DNA of 63,250 nt, filler included, from Octopus bimaculoides (lineage: Eukaryota): the NCBI RefSeq assembly GCF_001194135.2. It is 7 parts of 6 records of this genome, joined end to end, with 100 filler letters (N's around TTAATTAATTAA, not from the genome) between each part and the next. Parts side by side here need not be neighbours in the genome. Positions count along the whole stretch, not along the records: positions 1 to 21,699 come from NC_069005.1; positions 21,800 to 28,936 come from NC_069002.1; 5 more parts are not named here. One strand, 5' to 3'. This document shows positions 12,186 to 23,084 of this stretch, in pieces; within the stretch, counting starts at the first letter, position 1; the number at the start of each line of letters is the position of its first letter. Made by a program: the position numbers and the translations under genes. The notes beneath the pieces are model-generated. The model was not told the origin of the DNA, made no database searches, and saw only the letters and a program-made list of their open reading frames with translations.

Positions 12186-12245
12186 TTAATTAATAAAATC
12201 AATATAGTGGTAAAAGTTGCATTTCAGTTGTCCTTCAACATCTCC
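12186..12245 (-). CDS. IRF: IRF candidate terminal exon A
   Basis: ttctcccttaacag| acceptor, phase 0: GDVEGQLKCNFYHYIDFIN*. No homology support available. Confidence 0.35.
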   Translation of the reverse strand, partial: GDVEGQLKCNFYHYIDFIN

Positions 12246-12429
12246 CTGTTAAGGGAGAAGACCCTACCTTTCATTGATTTACAGTTGATAAAATGTGAAA
12301 TAGGACAAAGTACCAAGTATGTAAAGACAAGAAAATGTCAAAGACCATCAGCTTGTGCACAATGAAGTTTAGCTTTGGCACCAGCACTTGCCGGCCCTGC
12401 TTGTGTAGAAAGGATTTACTCTCCCTAAC

Positions 12430-12750
12430 AGTTACAATGGCAAGGGTTCCTGTTGATCTGATTTAATGGAAGAGCCTGCCTGTGAAATTAACATGCAAGT
12501 GGCTGAGTACTCTACAGACATGCAAATCCTTTAACGTGGTTCTCAGGAAGATCCAGCATGACACAGAATGTGACAAAGCTGACCCCCTTTGAATTACTGG
12601 TACAATTCATTTTTGCCAGCTGAGTGGACTGGAGCAATAAAGTGAAAAATAAAGCGTCTTGCTCAAGGCCACAAAGTATCACTGGGAATTGAACTCACGA
12701 CCTTCCGATCGTGAGCCGAATGCCCTAACCACTAATCAGTGCACCTTTAC
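12430..12750 (-). mobile_element. Chimeric SINE: family C head and CORE-like domain with family B tail
   Basis: Reverse complement reads tRNA head, CCTTGAGCAAGACGC...CCACTCAGCTGGCAAAAATG, then the family B 3' half (TCAGCCACTTGCATGTTAATTTCAC). Confidence 0.7.
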
Positions 12751-12809
12751 TAGGAAGAGTAATAAAATTAAATATGGCGCATAGAAGATGGTGAAGAGAG
12801 AAAGCTTAC

Positions 12810-12853
12810 CACTTGATATCCCATCATTGTGTTGAAAATCTGTTGGGCACTTC
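12810..12853 (-). CDS. IRF: IRF coding exon 7 (44 nt)
   Basis: tttttctgttttttcag| acceptor, donor GTG|GTAAGC; open as GSAQQIFNTMMGYQV in phase 1-0 (an alternative frame KCPTDFQHNDGISS is also open). Confidence 0.6.
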
Positions 12854-13777
12854 CTGAAAAAACAGAAAAAAATAAATAAATAAACTAAGATGCAAACCTT
12901 TAACAAGATACTTTAGATTCCTAATTAGTAAAAGAGATAATTATCTTTCATTAACTTTTATGTAAAATCAATTTTTTTCTTTATGTAAAAATTTCAAATT
13001 TTGACATGCCTGTGTTCAGTAATAATGATGATGGTGCTTCGTGCTGCAAGGGCTGTGAAAAAATTACATTCTCTGTTGCACTTTTGACCCTGGTAAATCA
13101 TCATCATCATCATTCAATATTGGCATGGGTTGGATGGTTCCACCAGAACTGCTAAGTTGGAAAAATGCAATTATTTCAGCTGTTTGCTTTGGTATGGTTT
13201 CTACAGCTGGATATGCTTCCCAACGCCAACCATTTTTCAGTGTGTACTGGGTGCTTTTTATACGGCACCAGTAGCAGAAAAGTCACCAAATAACTTTTAA
13301 ACTTTCAAGAATATTCCTCCCACCTCATCAGGGGTGGGGGAACAAAAATTGAAAAGAGCCGTGTGCAGTCATCCGTAACAAAATAACCAATCTTCGTTAT
13401 TTTCCATTTTGATTACAAAATATGCTCATTTATAACCATTATGTGATGTCAAGACAAGGAGACGCACACAAGCTTTTTTCAGTTTTTTTTTATCTGCCAA
13501 AAAATACTTGCTCAAGGTGCTGTGCAGTGGGACTGAACCAGGAAACATGATCGGGAAGCAACCTTTTCTCATTATACACCTGTAATTACTCCTATCTCCA
13601 AATCAGACCAATTTGGTTAATTTGAACCTAAGACATAATAAACTGGCTGTCCATTTATTCCAACTTTCTTGTGTGTGAAGTAGGGGGTGAAGATGAAGGA
13701 ATGGAATATCTAAGTATTTGTCCAAGCCAAGGTAAAAAAAAGATCTTTGTTGTAAATTTTGCAACAAGAATACGTAC

Positions 13778-13804
13778 CATCTTCTGTTTTAAGTTGTGGA
13801 ATTT
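13778..13804 (-). CDS. IRF: IRF coding exon 6 (27-nt microexon)
   Basis: Very strong acceptor ttttttttctttcctgttttgcag|; EIPQLKTED; donor G|GTACGT; phase 1-1. Confidence 0.65.
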
Positions 13805-14581
13805 CTGCAAAACAGGAAAGAAAAAAAATATAATTAAAATAAAGAAAAACAGAAAAGAAAAAAAAGCAATACATATAATAATTTTATGATTTGAGAAACT
13901 TTGATTTCAGAAATTCTAATTCGCGAAACTCGACAGACCTTCTCTCCTTCCCACTCTGGTCATTCAGAAACTTCTGCTGCATAAAATAAAAATTTAGTAT
14001 CTTTTATCTTTTACTGGTTTCAGCCATTAGACTGTGGCCATGCTGGAGCACTGCTTTGAAAGAATTTAGTCAGATTGACCCCAGTACTCTGTTGGTCTCT
14101 TTTGCCAAACTGTTAGGTTATGGGGATGTGAACACACCAACACCGGTTGTCAAGCAGGGATTCTTTCAGTTTCCATCTACAAAACCCACTCACAAGGCTT
14201 CGGTTGAATGACATGTACTGCTATAGTCAGACTGGTGACCAGAGGAGTTAGGTAATGCCTCAGTTCAGGGAACAAAACCATTATTTCAAGACTGCGAGTA
14301 CAACACCCTAATCATTAAGCCGGGTGCCCTCGCAATGCAGTATTCATTCCTATTGCATGGCACCATAGGCAAGTAAATGAATATGGCAGATGAAAACTGT
14401 ATGGAAGCCCTTCAATAAATCCCCCACTGTCAAGAACATAGCCAATATTACATTAGAGAGAGAAATTAAATTCCCAGATATACAGTGTACATGCATGTAG
14501 CCAGCTAGCAAGACTATATTCAAATGCACAGATTAACTGGCAAGTGAAGGGATCAACAGAAATCCAAAATCAAATTCTTAC

Positions 14582-14617
14582 CGTATGTTCTGTAGCAAAC
14601 GCCGCCACTTTGTTGAT
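14582..14617 (-). CDS. IRF: IRF coding exon 5 (36-nt, frame-symmetric)
   Basis: ctttttgtttttgttacttcag| acceptor; DQQSGGVCYRTY; donor G|GTAAGA; phase 1-1. Confidence 0.65.
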
Positions 14618-14884
14618 CTGAAGTAACAAAAACAAAAAGTTAAATTAGAAATTAGAGAGTTAATTAGAGTCTAGTCAGGTTCCACGTAAAACAGGTAAAA
14701 TATTTGGGCTAAATATGGCCTGTTCAAATGCTAAAGGGTTACGGTGGTCAACTGGCGGAATCACCAGTATGTTATACATAGCAACATTTCATCCATCTTT
14801 TTTATTCAAATTTGGTTGTTAAAAGTCAACCTTACATTTCAACCTTTCAGGGTCAAAGAAATAAGGACCAGCTGAGACACTTCT

Positions 14885-15300
14885 CTGTTGTTTTTAGTCA
14901 TTAGACTGAGACCATGCTGGAGCATTACCTTGAAGGTTTTCTAGATGAATAAATAAACCCCAGTATTCTTTATTTGTTTTTTAAAGCTTGGTCTCTCCAT
15001 TGATCTCATTTGCTGAACTGCTAATTTATAGGATGTAAATCCAACAATAGTGGTCAAGCACTGGAGGGACAGACAGACAGACACACACACACAGAGGCTT
15101 TTGAGTTCTATTAATCCTTCATGTACCGAGTCCACACACACACATGATGGGCTTCTTTCAGTTTCCGTCTACCAAATCTGCTCACAAAGTTTTTGGTCAG
15201 CCTGAAACTGTAGTAGAAGACACTTGCCCAAGATGCCAGACAGTCAGAATGACCCTGGAACCATGGGGTTGGGCAGCAAACTTCATACAACACAGACATA
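14885..15300 (-). mobile_element. Family D SINE in IRF intron
   Basis: Same landmarks, internal (CA)n/(CAGA)n. Confidence 0.75.
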
Positions 15301-15363
15301 CCATCCATCAAGTATCATATTGAATTTACAGAGAAGTAAACAAAAGGCCAGCAGGGAATTTAC

Positions 15364-15454
15364 CATGAAATTGTGATACAAGATGACATTCTTCATCGCT
15401 TGATGTGAAACTTTCTCTTTTTGGTGAACTCATGTCACTGGACTCTGAAAAACT
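15364..15454 (-). CDS. IRF: IRF coding exon 4 (Ser/acidic)
   Basis: Long T tract + tattag| acceptor phase 0; SFSESSDMSSPKRESFTSSDEECHLVSQFH; donor G|GTAAAT phase 1. Confidence 0.7.
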
Positions 15455-15900
15455 CTAATATAAAAAAAAAATTAAAAAAAGAAATAGGATAAGATTAATG
15501 GATTCTGTTGAAATTTTGAAGAATTCTAATTGATTACCTAATAACATGTTCGAAAATATAAGGACACAGATTGTGTCGTATAGCCAGCTGGAGACAATGT
15601 TTCCTGGGGCTAAATTACAGCAACATTCGTCCTAAACCAGGACTTCCCCGTTATGTTGGCAAATAATCTTTACTCTACAACATTAGTAATATTACTAATA
15701 CAATCATGCAGGACATAAACTATTATAACCCAACCAGTTTTCTTAAAAGTTAATGATTGCAACTCTGTCATCGAAACGATTCAACTGGTTAATTTATATT
15801 GCTTGGGACAACCTTGAAGTTAATTGTCTCCTCTATCTATTGTGTGTGTGAATGTATGCATATATAATGTGTATTTGTTTGTATATGCATATGTATATAT

Positions 15901-16110
15901 ATGTCTGTGAACACCTTTGAATGCAGTGTATGCCAGAAGGTTTGCAAATCCAACGGAGGCCTCAAAAGACATTTTAAGATCCACAAAGATCAGAACTTGA
16001 CTGCAGCTCTTGATGGCCCAGATCGGATATGCAGTCTATGTGGGTGTCTTTTCAGAACATTGTCTGGTTTAAAAAGCCACATCAGACGCCATGATGGTGC
16101 TAAGGTTTAA
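15901..16110 (+). other. Intact 69-aa ORF with two C2H2 zinc fingers, most likely the C-terminus of an RTE-type LINE
   Basis: CSVCQKVCKSNGGLKRHFKIH and CSLCGCLFRTLSGLKSHIRRH both fit CX2CX12HX3H; no TGEKP linker; antisense inside an IRF intron. Confidence 0.6.
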
Positions 16111-16144
16111 GGTACAGGAGGGTGTCAAACTCTGTATGACTTCA

Positions 16145-16670
16145 CCTTTCGAGGTCGATGTAATCGACTCATCCTCTCCCCCAAAATGGCTGCCCTTGGT
16201 GACAAAATTTTAAACCATTTTTATTATTATTAAGGTGACAAACTGGCAGAATCATTAACAGACAAAATGCTTAGTGGTATTTCTTCCGATTCTTTACATT
16301 TGAAGTTCTAATTCTGTCAAGGTCAAACGTCATTCATCCTTTTAAGGATGATAAAATAAGTATCGGTTAAATACTGGGCTGATGCAATCGACCAGCACGT
16401 TCCTCTTAATTTCAGGTTTTATACTCATTTGGAGAGAAAGGATTATTAATAATGGGAGCTGACAGGATCGTTAGCATGCCAGACATTAATGACATTTTGT
16501 CTGCCTTTGTCTTTGAAGTCTCAAGTTCAAATCCTGCTGAAGTAAACTTTTCCTTTCGTCCATTAGGGGTCACTGAAATAAGTACCAGTTGCGTACTGGG
16601 GTCGATGTAATCGACTTGCCCCCTCCCTTAAAATTTCAGGCTTTCTGCCTATAGCAGGAAAGATTATTTA
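16145..16670 (+). mobile_element. Tandem degenerate family A SINEs
   Basis: Two units plus a tail fragment with the family A core (CATCCTTT...AAGTACCAG...GGGGTCGATGTAATCGAC). Confidence 0.75.
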
Positions 16671-16800
16671 TTGTCCCTATAACAAGTTCATATTCATGTG
16701 AGGAATATAATTGGATGGACATGGCTGGAGTGTCTTTGATCATCGGTTTTTTTTTCTCAATCAGGAACTGACTGGTTGACCAAAATACATCAATGCTTAC

Positions 16801-16853
16801 CTTTAAAGAATCTTCATCAGAATGTTCTTGGTGTTTGGAGCGTTTTCGTTTGT
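16801..16853 (-). CDS. IRF: IRF coding exon 3 (basic NLS-like KRKRSK)
   Basis: tttattgtag| acceptor phase 1; HKRKRSKHQEHSDEDSLK; donor AAG|GTAAGC phase 0; IRF1/2 carry a basic NLS right after the DBD. Confidence 0.8.
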
Positions 16854-17640
16854 CTACAATAAACAAAAGACAGACTTTTGTACATTGTATAAATTTAATT
16901 ATGCAAATATAAATTTGACTGACAATTATTGCTGGAAGTACTCGGAATGCACCAATTGTCTTTTGTCAGTTAATCCATTAATCCACTTCAAAGGCCATAT
17001 ATGACCCAAATATTCTTCAAACCAGCCAGATCTGGCTTCTCACACCTACCCAACAATGCCATTCTAAAAATAATCTTGAAGCTACGAGATAAAGTAACAT
17101 GAATAAATAATTATCCTATCTGACAGAACAATCTGTCAAATATCAATGGATTTGGAATGACCTGTACTACTATATAGTCAGACTGGTGACCAGTGTTGTT
17201 AGGCAGGTGGTAAGGGTGTCTTCATGGAGCTAATGTTTTGCCATTTTTGTCATCACAGTTTGAACTGGTGCACACAGACTGCTTGCTGTGAAAGCATATT
17301 ATTTCGTTTGTCCTTCAGATGACCAGTTTATCAGCTTCATTCTTTGTGGGCTTCAGCTTATTGAGCCAATTTTGGCATGAAACCTGCAGCTAAGGTGGTG
17401 TTACATAATAGCAAAGTCAGGGCCTGATCTGTCAAGAACACATACACAACACTTCTTTTTCAAGTTTCTGTCAACCAAACCTCAAACCAACTGATAGGGG
17501 TTTGGTTAGCTCAGGCCCCTACAGCAGAAGGTGCCTAAATCTATATTCTATTATCAAGACTGCAAAATTGTTTTAGCAACACCATATAGAAAAATTAATA
17601 ATATTGAAGCATGGGAAGTTTTTAACCAAAATGTATTCTA

Positions 17641-17890
17641 CTGGGTTGGTGCATAATTATTGCAGCTTTTTTTGTCAACAAATTATATTCAACAAAAAGA
17701 AAAACAATATTTAACAAAAATATCTTTAAATGACGGTCTGACCGTCTGCCAAGCAAATGGGAAGCAGTAATTGGAGTGGACGGTGAACATGCTCCGGAAT
17801 AATCATTTAAAGATATTTTTGTTACATGTTATTGTTTTTGTTGAATAAAATTCGTTGAAAAAAAGCCGCAATAATTACGCCCCAGCCTAA
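17641..17890. mobile_element. Mariner-derived MITE, 250 bp, about 90-bp inverted arms
   Basis: TA-flanked; TIR CTGGGTTGGTGCATAATTATTGCAGC / GCCGCAATAATTACGCCCCAGCCTAA (Hsmar/MADE-like); loop encodes DRLPSKWEAVIGVDGEHAPE*, a mariner transposase C-terminus. Confidence 0.85.
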
Positions 17891-17972
17891 TACATTAAAA
17901 ATGTAGAAAATGTTAGGTGCTGTTTTCCATCAACAGGGTTTGAAGAGTTTTTACATTTCTAACAATACTCAC

Positions 17973-18128
17973 GCTCGTCTTTAAATTGGTAAACTTTGAA
18001 AGCATTTAAACCACTTTTTCTACTGTCTTTTTTCAGTTCTTCGCAATCGGGTAAACTGTTTAGCGCACATCGAAAAGTGGCTTTGTAGCGTTTTGTGTTT
18101 GGGTTTCCTAGTGTTTGGTTATATTTGC
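17973..18128 (-). CDS. IRF: IRF coding exon 2, C-half of DNA-binding domain (recognition helix)
   Basis: tctgcttttcag| acceptor, phase 1; GKYNQTLGNPNTKRYKATFRCALNSLPDCEELKKDSRKSGLNAFKVYQFKDE matches IRF1/2 KANFRCAMNSLPDIEEVKD; donor C|GTGAGT. Missed by the ORF track. Confidence 0.95.
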
Positions 18129-18344
18129 CTGAAAAGCAGATTTATATCAGATGTAAAAACATGTCCCCACAAAAGCTTTCATATCTAATATAATGTGTCG
18201 AGATAACATTTGACAGAGAGGGCTTCTTTTGTATGGTCAACCAGTGGTCTTCCATAAAGTAGCTGTTATTTAGCAGATTAGCATACTTTTCAAGATGGTG
18301 CCCCAGCATGGCCAGTCTAATGACTGAAACAAGTAAAAGTAAAC

Positions 18345-18760
18345 TGGGTAACATGCTTAGCTGCATTTCTTCCAGTTTAAATGTTCCAAGTTCAAATTGT
18401 ACTGAGGTCAACTTGGTGTTTTATCATTTCAGGGTCAACTAAACAAGTACCAGTTAAACACTGGGGGTCAATGTAATCCATCACTAAGGATTTTGTTCAG
18501 TCTACTAACAATTCGGCCAGCTTGCAGAATTATAATAATAATAATAATCCTTTCTGCTACAGGTACAAGGCCTGAAATTTGTGGGGAGGGGCACTAGTCG
18601 GTTAGATCAACCCAGGTTTTATTTGTACTTAATTTATAGATCCAGAAATGGTGCAAGGTGATGTCCACCTTGGCAGAATTTGAACTCGGGCTGTAGTAGC
18701 AGATGAAATATATCCTTAAGCATTTTGCCCAATATGCTAGCAATTCTGCCAGGTCGTTGC
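18345..18760. mobile_element. Inverted pair of family A SINEs (+ 18345-18480; - 18547-18760)
   Basis: First copy GAGGTCAACTT...AAGTACCAG on +, second is its reverse-complement type (GGCAGAATTTGAACTC). Confidence 0.75.
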
Positions 18761-18964
18761 CGGAAGAGAAGAAATGCAATAATGTTGGTAGAAGAGTTAA
18801 AATGTCAGCCAATACACATCTCTCTCTCTCCATTTTCAGTTCTATTTTGGAATAATCTTGTTGAATACAAGAAACACACTGAGTTGATTCCACTAATTCC
18901 CCTTCAAACTTGCAAATTAATGTTAATCTTAAGATACCATTATCATCGTCGTCATCATCAAGTG

Positions 18965-19300
18965 AAGGCACATGGCTCAGTGGTTAGAGCATCGTGCTTA
19001 TGATCGCGAGGTTGTGAGTTCGATTCCTGGACCGGGCTGTGTGTTGTGTTCTTGAGCAAGACACTTTATTTCAAGTTGTTCCTGTTCACTCATCTGTAGA
19101 AATGAGTTGCGACGTCGCTGGGGCCAAGCTGTATCGGCCCCTTTGCCTTTCCCCTGGATAACATCGGTGGCACAGAGAGGGGCAGCTGGCATGGATGGGC
19201 AACTGCTGGTCTTCCATAAAACAACCTTGCCCGGACTTGTGCCTGGGAGGGTAACTTTCTAGGTGCAATCCTAGGGTCATTCATGACCGAGGGGGGCTGC
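18965..19300 (+). mobile_element. tRNA-derived SINE with CORE-like domain, family C, antisense in IRF intron
   Basis: Head TGGCTCAGTGGTTAGAGC...GAGTTCGATTCC followed by CTTGAGCAAGACACTT...CTCATCTGTAGAAATG, resembling the CORE domain as recalled from MIR-type SINEs. Confidence 0.75.
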
Positions 19301-19403
19301 CCCTTCATTGTCATCATTAAGGCACTTCAGCCATCACCATCATTGTTTCTTTTTAACATATACTTTACCAAGGGTTGGATGGGAGTAAGACAAAAGAACT
19401 CAC

Positions 19404-19608
19404 CTCCGTGTTCTGCCCACTTCACAAACAGATCAGCATCGTCTACTTTCCAGGTCTGACGAGATCCGTGCTTCCAAGGAATCCGGAATATTTGTTTACT
19501 CTTGTCCATCCACTCTAGGCCTGGAATACTTTTATTGTCCAATAAATTGGTCAACCAATCTCTCATTCGGATCTTCATTATTGGTTTTCTTCTTTTGTAA
19601 CTGGACAT
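19404..19608 (-). CDS. IRF: Interferon regulatory factor (IRF1/2 group), coding exon 1, N-half of DNA-binding domain
   Basis: Acceptor ttttaaattcag|A-ATG; MSSYKRRKPIMKIRMRDWLTNLLDNKSIPGLEWMDKSKQIFRIPWKHGSRQTWKVDDADLFVKWAEHG holds all five IRF tryptophans; donor G|GTGAGT, phase 1, at the position conserved in IRF genes. Confidence 0.95.
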
Positions 19609-19689
19609 TCTGAATTTAAAAAAATAAAACAGAAATAAAATTAAATGTTTCAACAATGAAATTAGGTGACGGGGGTGGGGTGGGGGTGG

Positions 19690-20090
19690 AAGGGAGTTGT
19701 AAATCGATTACATTGCCCACCCTTGCTTGACCGGTATTTATTTTACTGACCAAAAGGTTGAATGATAAAGGGAAAAATCCACCTTGGCAGCATTTGAACT
19801 TTAGAACATGGAAATGAATGAAAGCTGATCAGGTAACGATTTTGCCAGCTCACTACCATAATAATAATAATGATAATAATAACAATAATAGTAGCAGTAG
19901 TAGTAGTAGTAATCTTTGCTGTAGACACAAGGCCGGCAATTTGTGGTGAGGGGATCAGTCAATTACATCGACCCCAGTACCCAACTGGTACTCAATTTAT
20001 TGACCCCAAAAGGATGAAAGGCAAAGTTAACCTCGGCAGAATTTGAACTCAGAATGTAAGGATGGATCAAATCCTGCTAAACAACAGGAT
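19690..20090 (-). mobile_element. Two family A SINEs just upstream of the IRF ATG exon
   Basis: CCCCAAAAGGATGAAAGGCAAAGTTAACCTCGGCAGAATTTGAACTCAGAA reverse-complement core. Confidence 0.8.
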
Positions 20091-21799
20091 TTACAATCCT
20101 TCCTGAAAGAACTTTTACCCTTAAAATTTTAGTTTAAAAAAAAAAAAAATTCCCACCACCAAATCCACGTTTTCCCCTCCTTCCCCATGCAGTAATAATA
20201 ATTATTTCCACACTCCAGCATATAATTAAATAAATNNNNNNNNNNNNNNNNNNNNNNNNNNNNNNNNNNNNNNNNNNNNNNNNNNNNNNNNNNNNNNNNN
20301 NNNNNNNNNNNNNNNNNNNNNNNNNNNNNNNNNNNNNNNNNNNNNNNNNNNNNNNNNNNNNNNNNNNNNNNNNNNNNNNNNNNNNNNNNNNNNNNNNNNN
20401 NNNNNNNNNNNNNNNNNNNNNNNNNNNNNNNNNNNNNNNNNNNNNNNNNNNNNNNNNNNNNNNNNNNNNNNNNNNNNNNNNNNNNNNNNNNNNNNNNNNN
20501 NNNNNNNNNNNNNNNNNNNNNNNNNNNNNNNNNNNNNNNNNNNNNNNNNNNNNNNNNNNNNNNNNNNNNNNNNNNNNNNNNNNNNNNNNNNNNNNNNNNN
20601 NNNNNNNNNNNNNNNNNNNNNNNNNNNNNNNNNNNNNNNNNNNNNNNNNNNNNNNNNNNNNNNNNNNNNNNNNNNNNNNNNNNNNNNNNNNNNNNNNNNN
20701 NNNNNNNNNNNNNNNNNNNNNNNNNNNNNNNNNNNNNNNNNNNNNNNAGCAGCTGAGGTACCATTCAGTGGTTACGTCACATAATTCACACGAAATTACG
20801 GGATGTCATTTACGGTTTCTATTAAAATTTAGTTTACATTTAGGAGGAAGAATCGTTAACGCGCTGACAAAGAGCGTAGCGGCATAATTTGAGTTCAGAG
20901 GTCGCCGAGGTAGACTTTGTCTTTCACCCTTTTGGCATCTAAGTACTGGGTCAATTTAATTAACTAGCCCCACCCCGCCAAATTCAAGCCTTATACCTCT
21001 AATAAAAAAGGATTATTTTCAGAACAATTTCATATTTTTACGCCCGTAAAATGTACGTCAACCAGTTTACTTGAAGCTAAGGAGTTTTTTTATTTTTTAT
21101 GGTTGTTTACCAACGAGATAAAGATAGCAGATACATTTAACCTTAAATTGCACCCTATCGTCTCAACCTTCTCTAGTCCTGTGTATCACAGGGCAGATAT
21201 ATTCACAGGATATATTTATCTGTTGTCTATGCATCGTGAAACGCATTCCAAATTTTCATCCATCAGAGCAACTTGGGACTTGTGAAAGGGAAGTTTTATA
21301 TTGCTCAAAAACGTAAACAACAAGGGCCAACAGAAAATCTGAAAACAAAGCATGAACGTCTAGGACAAACTTGTGAAAATGCTTTGACTAAGTAAAGGGC
21401 TAAATTGGTAAAAGATGAAAAGGAAGATGTAATTTTAATGCAAGACGAGACTAATGGTGTAGCTTTAGGCGTGTGCCCGATACTTCGACTTCGCTTTGAT
21501 GTAACTTTCTGAGAAACTCGTATTTTCTAATGACAGTTTCCAGAAATATATTTTAAATGGCATAGGTGAGCAATACGGAAATTTGTTATGGTCACAGTCA
21601 AATGACTGAAACAAGTAAAAGAGTAAAGCTTTCGGATAATCGACGCATCTCATGTATCTTGATGCGTTCTGAAAATTGAATAATTTTCAGATAAAATTTN
21701 NNNNNNNNNNNNNNNNNNNNNNNNNNNNNNNNNNNNNNNNNNNTTAATTAATTAANNNNNNNNNNNNNNNNNNNNNNNNNNNNNNNNNNNNNNNNNNNN

Positions 21800-21835
<36 letters not shown>

Positions 21836-22409
21836 GTTAGCGCCAGGCAACATTTAAGCATAAGCAAAATTTAGGCCAGTTAAAATATGTTTGTGATATG
21901 TTTCAACTGCTAAAAGGCAAATACACAGCAGTTACCATGACGAAAATATCACCTTGCCAGATCCTGTCAAACCATCCAACCCATGCTGGCATGGAAAACG
22001 GATGTTAAATGATGATGATGATGATGATACATATATGCATTTATGCCTCCACATACATATATATTATAGATGATAAATCTGTGTTTGCTTCACTGCTAAG
22101 TATTGATTTGTTTAATTAACTGAAGTAATTAACTCATTGACTTCACCTCTCAGTGGTTGAGTATTCTATCAACACACTAACCTTTAATGTGAGTCTTTAA
22201 TTGTATCAGGGTGGTACAGTATGACGTATTTCAATCATTAAATTCCAGATACGATCCACCCATCCAGTTTCTACTTTCTGTCTCTTCCTTGTTTCCAGTT
22301 TCATTTTTATTTCCAGGCTTCAAACGACTCAAGCCTCAAGTAAACACACTCAAACAACAAACTCAGCATTGCAAAACACAAACTTCTTTACCTTTTTGCC
22401 ATGCTGTGT

Positions 22410-22410
<1 letters not shown>

Positions 22411-22496
<86 letters not shown>
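22411..22496. repeat. (GT)n microsatellite
   Basis: Pure tract; (CT)n follows at 22790-22880. Confidence 0.95.
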
Positions 22497-22498
<2 letters not shown>

Positions 22499-22787
22499 AT
22501 GTAACTACACACGTGGTGTTGGCAGTTTCTTTCCCTTTCTGGGATTTTCCCTTTCTATGCTCAAAATGTTAAACTTTCTCTTTTTCACTGAGCTAATACA
22601 TTTCTTGTGTGCATCCTCTTGTCCATTAATTTTGTTCATTTATTTGAATTGACTATACACACACACACACACACACTTCCACTCTGTGTGTGTGTGTGTG
22701 TGTGTGTTACTTTTACTTGTTTTCAGTCAGAGGCTGTGGCAATACTGGGGCTGGTGGTGAGATTTTTAATATTTATTTCATTTCCAT

Positions 22788-22868
<81 letters not shown>

Positions 22869-22972
22869 TCTCTATCTCTCTCTCACTTTCTTTCACTCTC
22901 CCTTTCTCCATATTTGATTTTGGGGAATACGGAAATTAGGCATTGCTAACCGCATTTGCATTTTTTGCTGTG

Positions 22973-23047
22973 ATCTGGGTCCATCTGGGTTCACCTGAAT
23001 TCATCTGGGTCCATCTGGGTTCATCTGGATCCATCTGGGTCCATCTG
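22973..23047 (+). repeat. 10-bp tandem repeat (CATCTGGGTC)n, about 7 units
   Basis: Directly visible. Confidence 0.9.
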
Positions 23048-23084
23048 ATATCTCAGATAAAAGTTTGTGTTTGTGTTTTTTTTC

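Noticed and set aside
12005-12202. 65-aa minus-strand ORF after terminal exon A
   Set aside because: Out of frame with the only good acceptor, pyrimidine-rich repeat-like composition.
19609-19656. N-terminal MLKHLILFLFYFFKFR on the IRF ORF (signal-peptide-like)
   Set aside because: It is the polypyrimidine tract and acceptor of the intron; true start is ATG 19608.
21507-21515. Perfect GAS palindrome TTCTGAGAA upstream of IRF ATG exon
   Set aside because: TTCNNNGAA is expected many times by chance in 63 kb of AT-rich DNA; no supporting context.
21700-21799. TTAATTAATTAA centred in N runs (also 28981, 32393, 41700, 44731, 47072)
   Set aside because: Each is exactly N44 + 12 + N44 = 100 bp with stops in all six frames: an artificial scaffolding spacer, not biology. 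Order and distance across these joins are uncertain.
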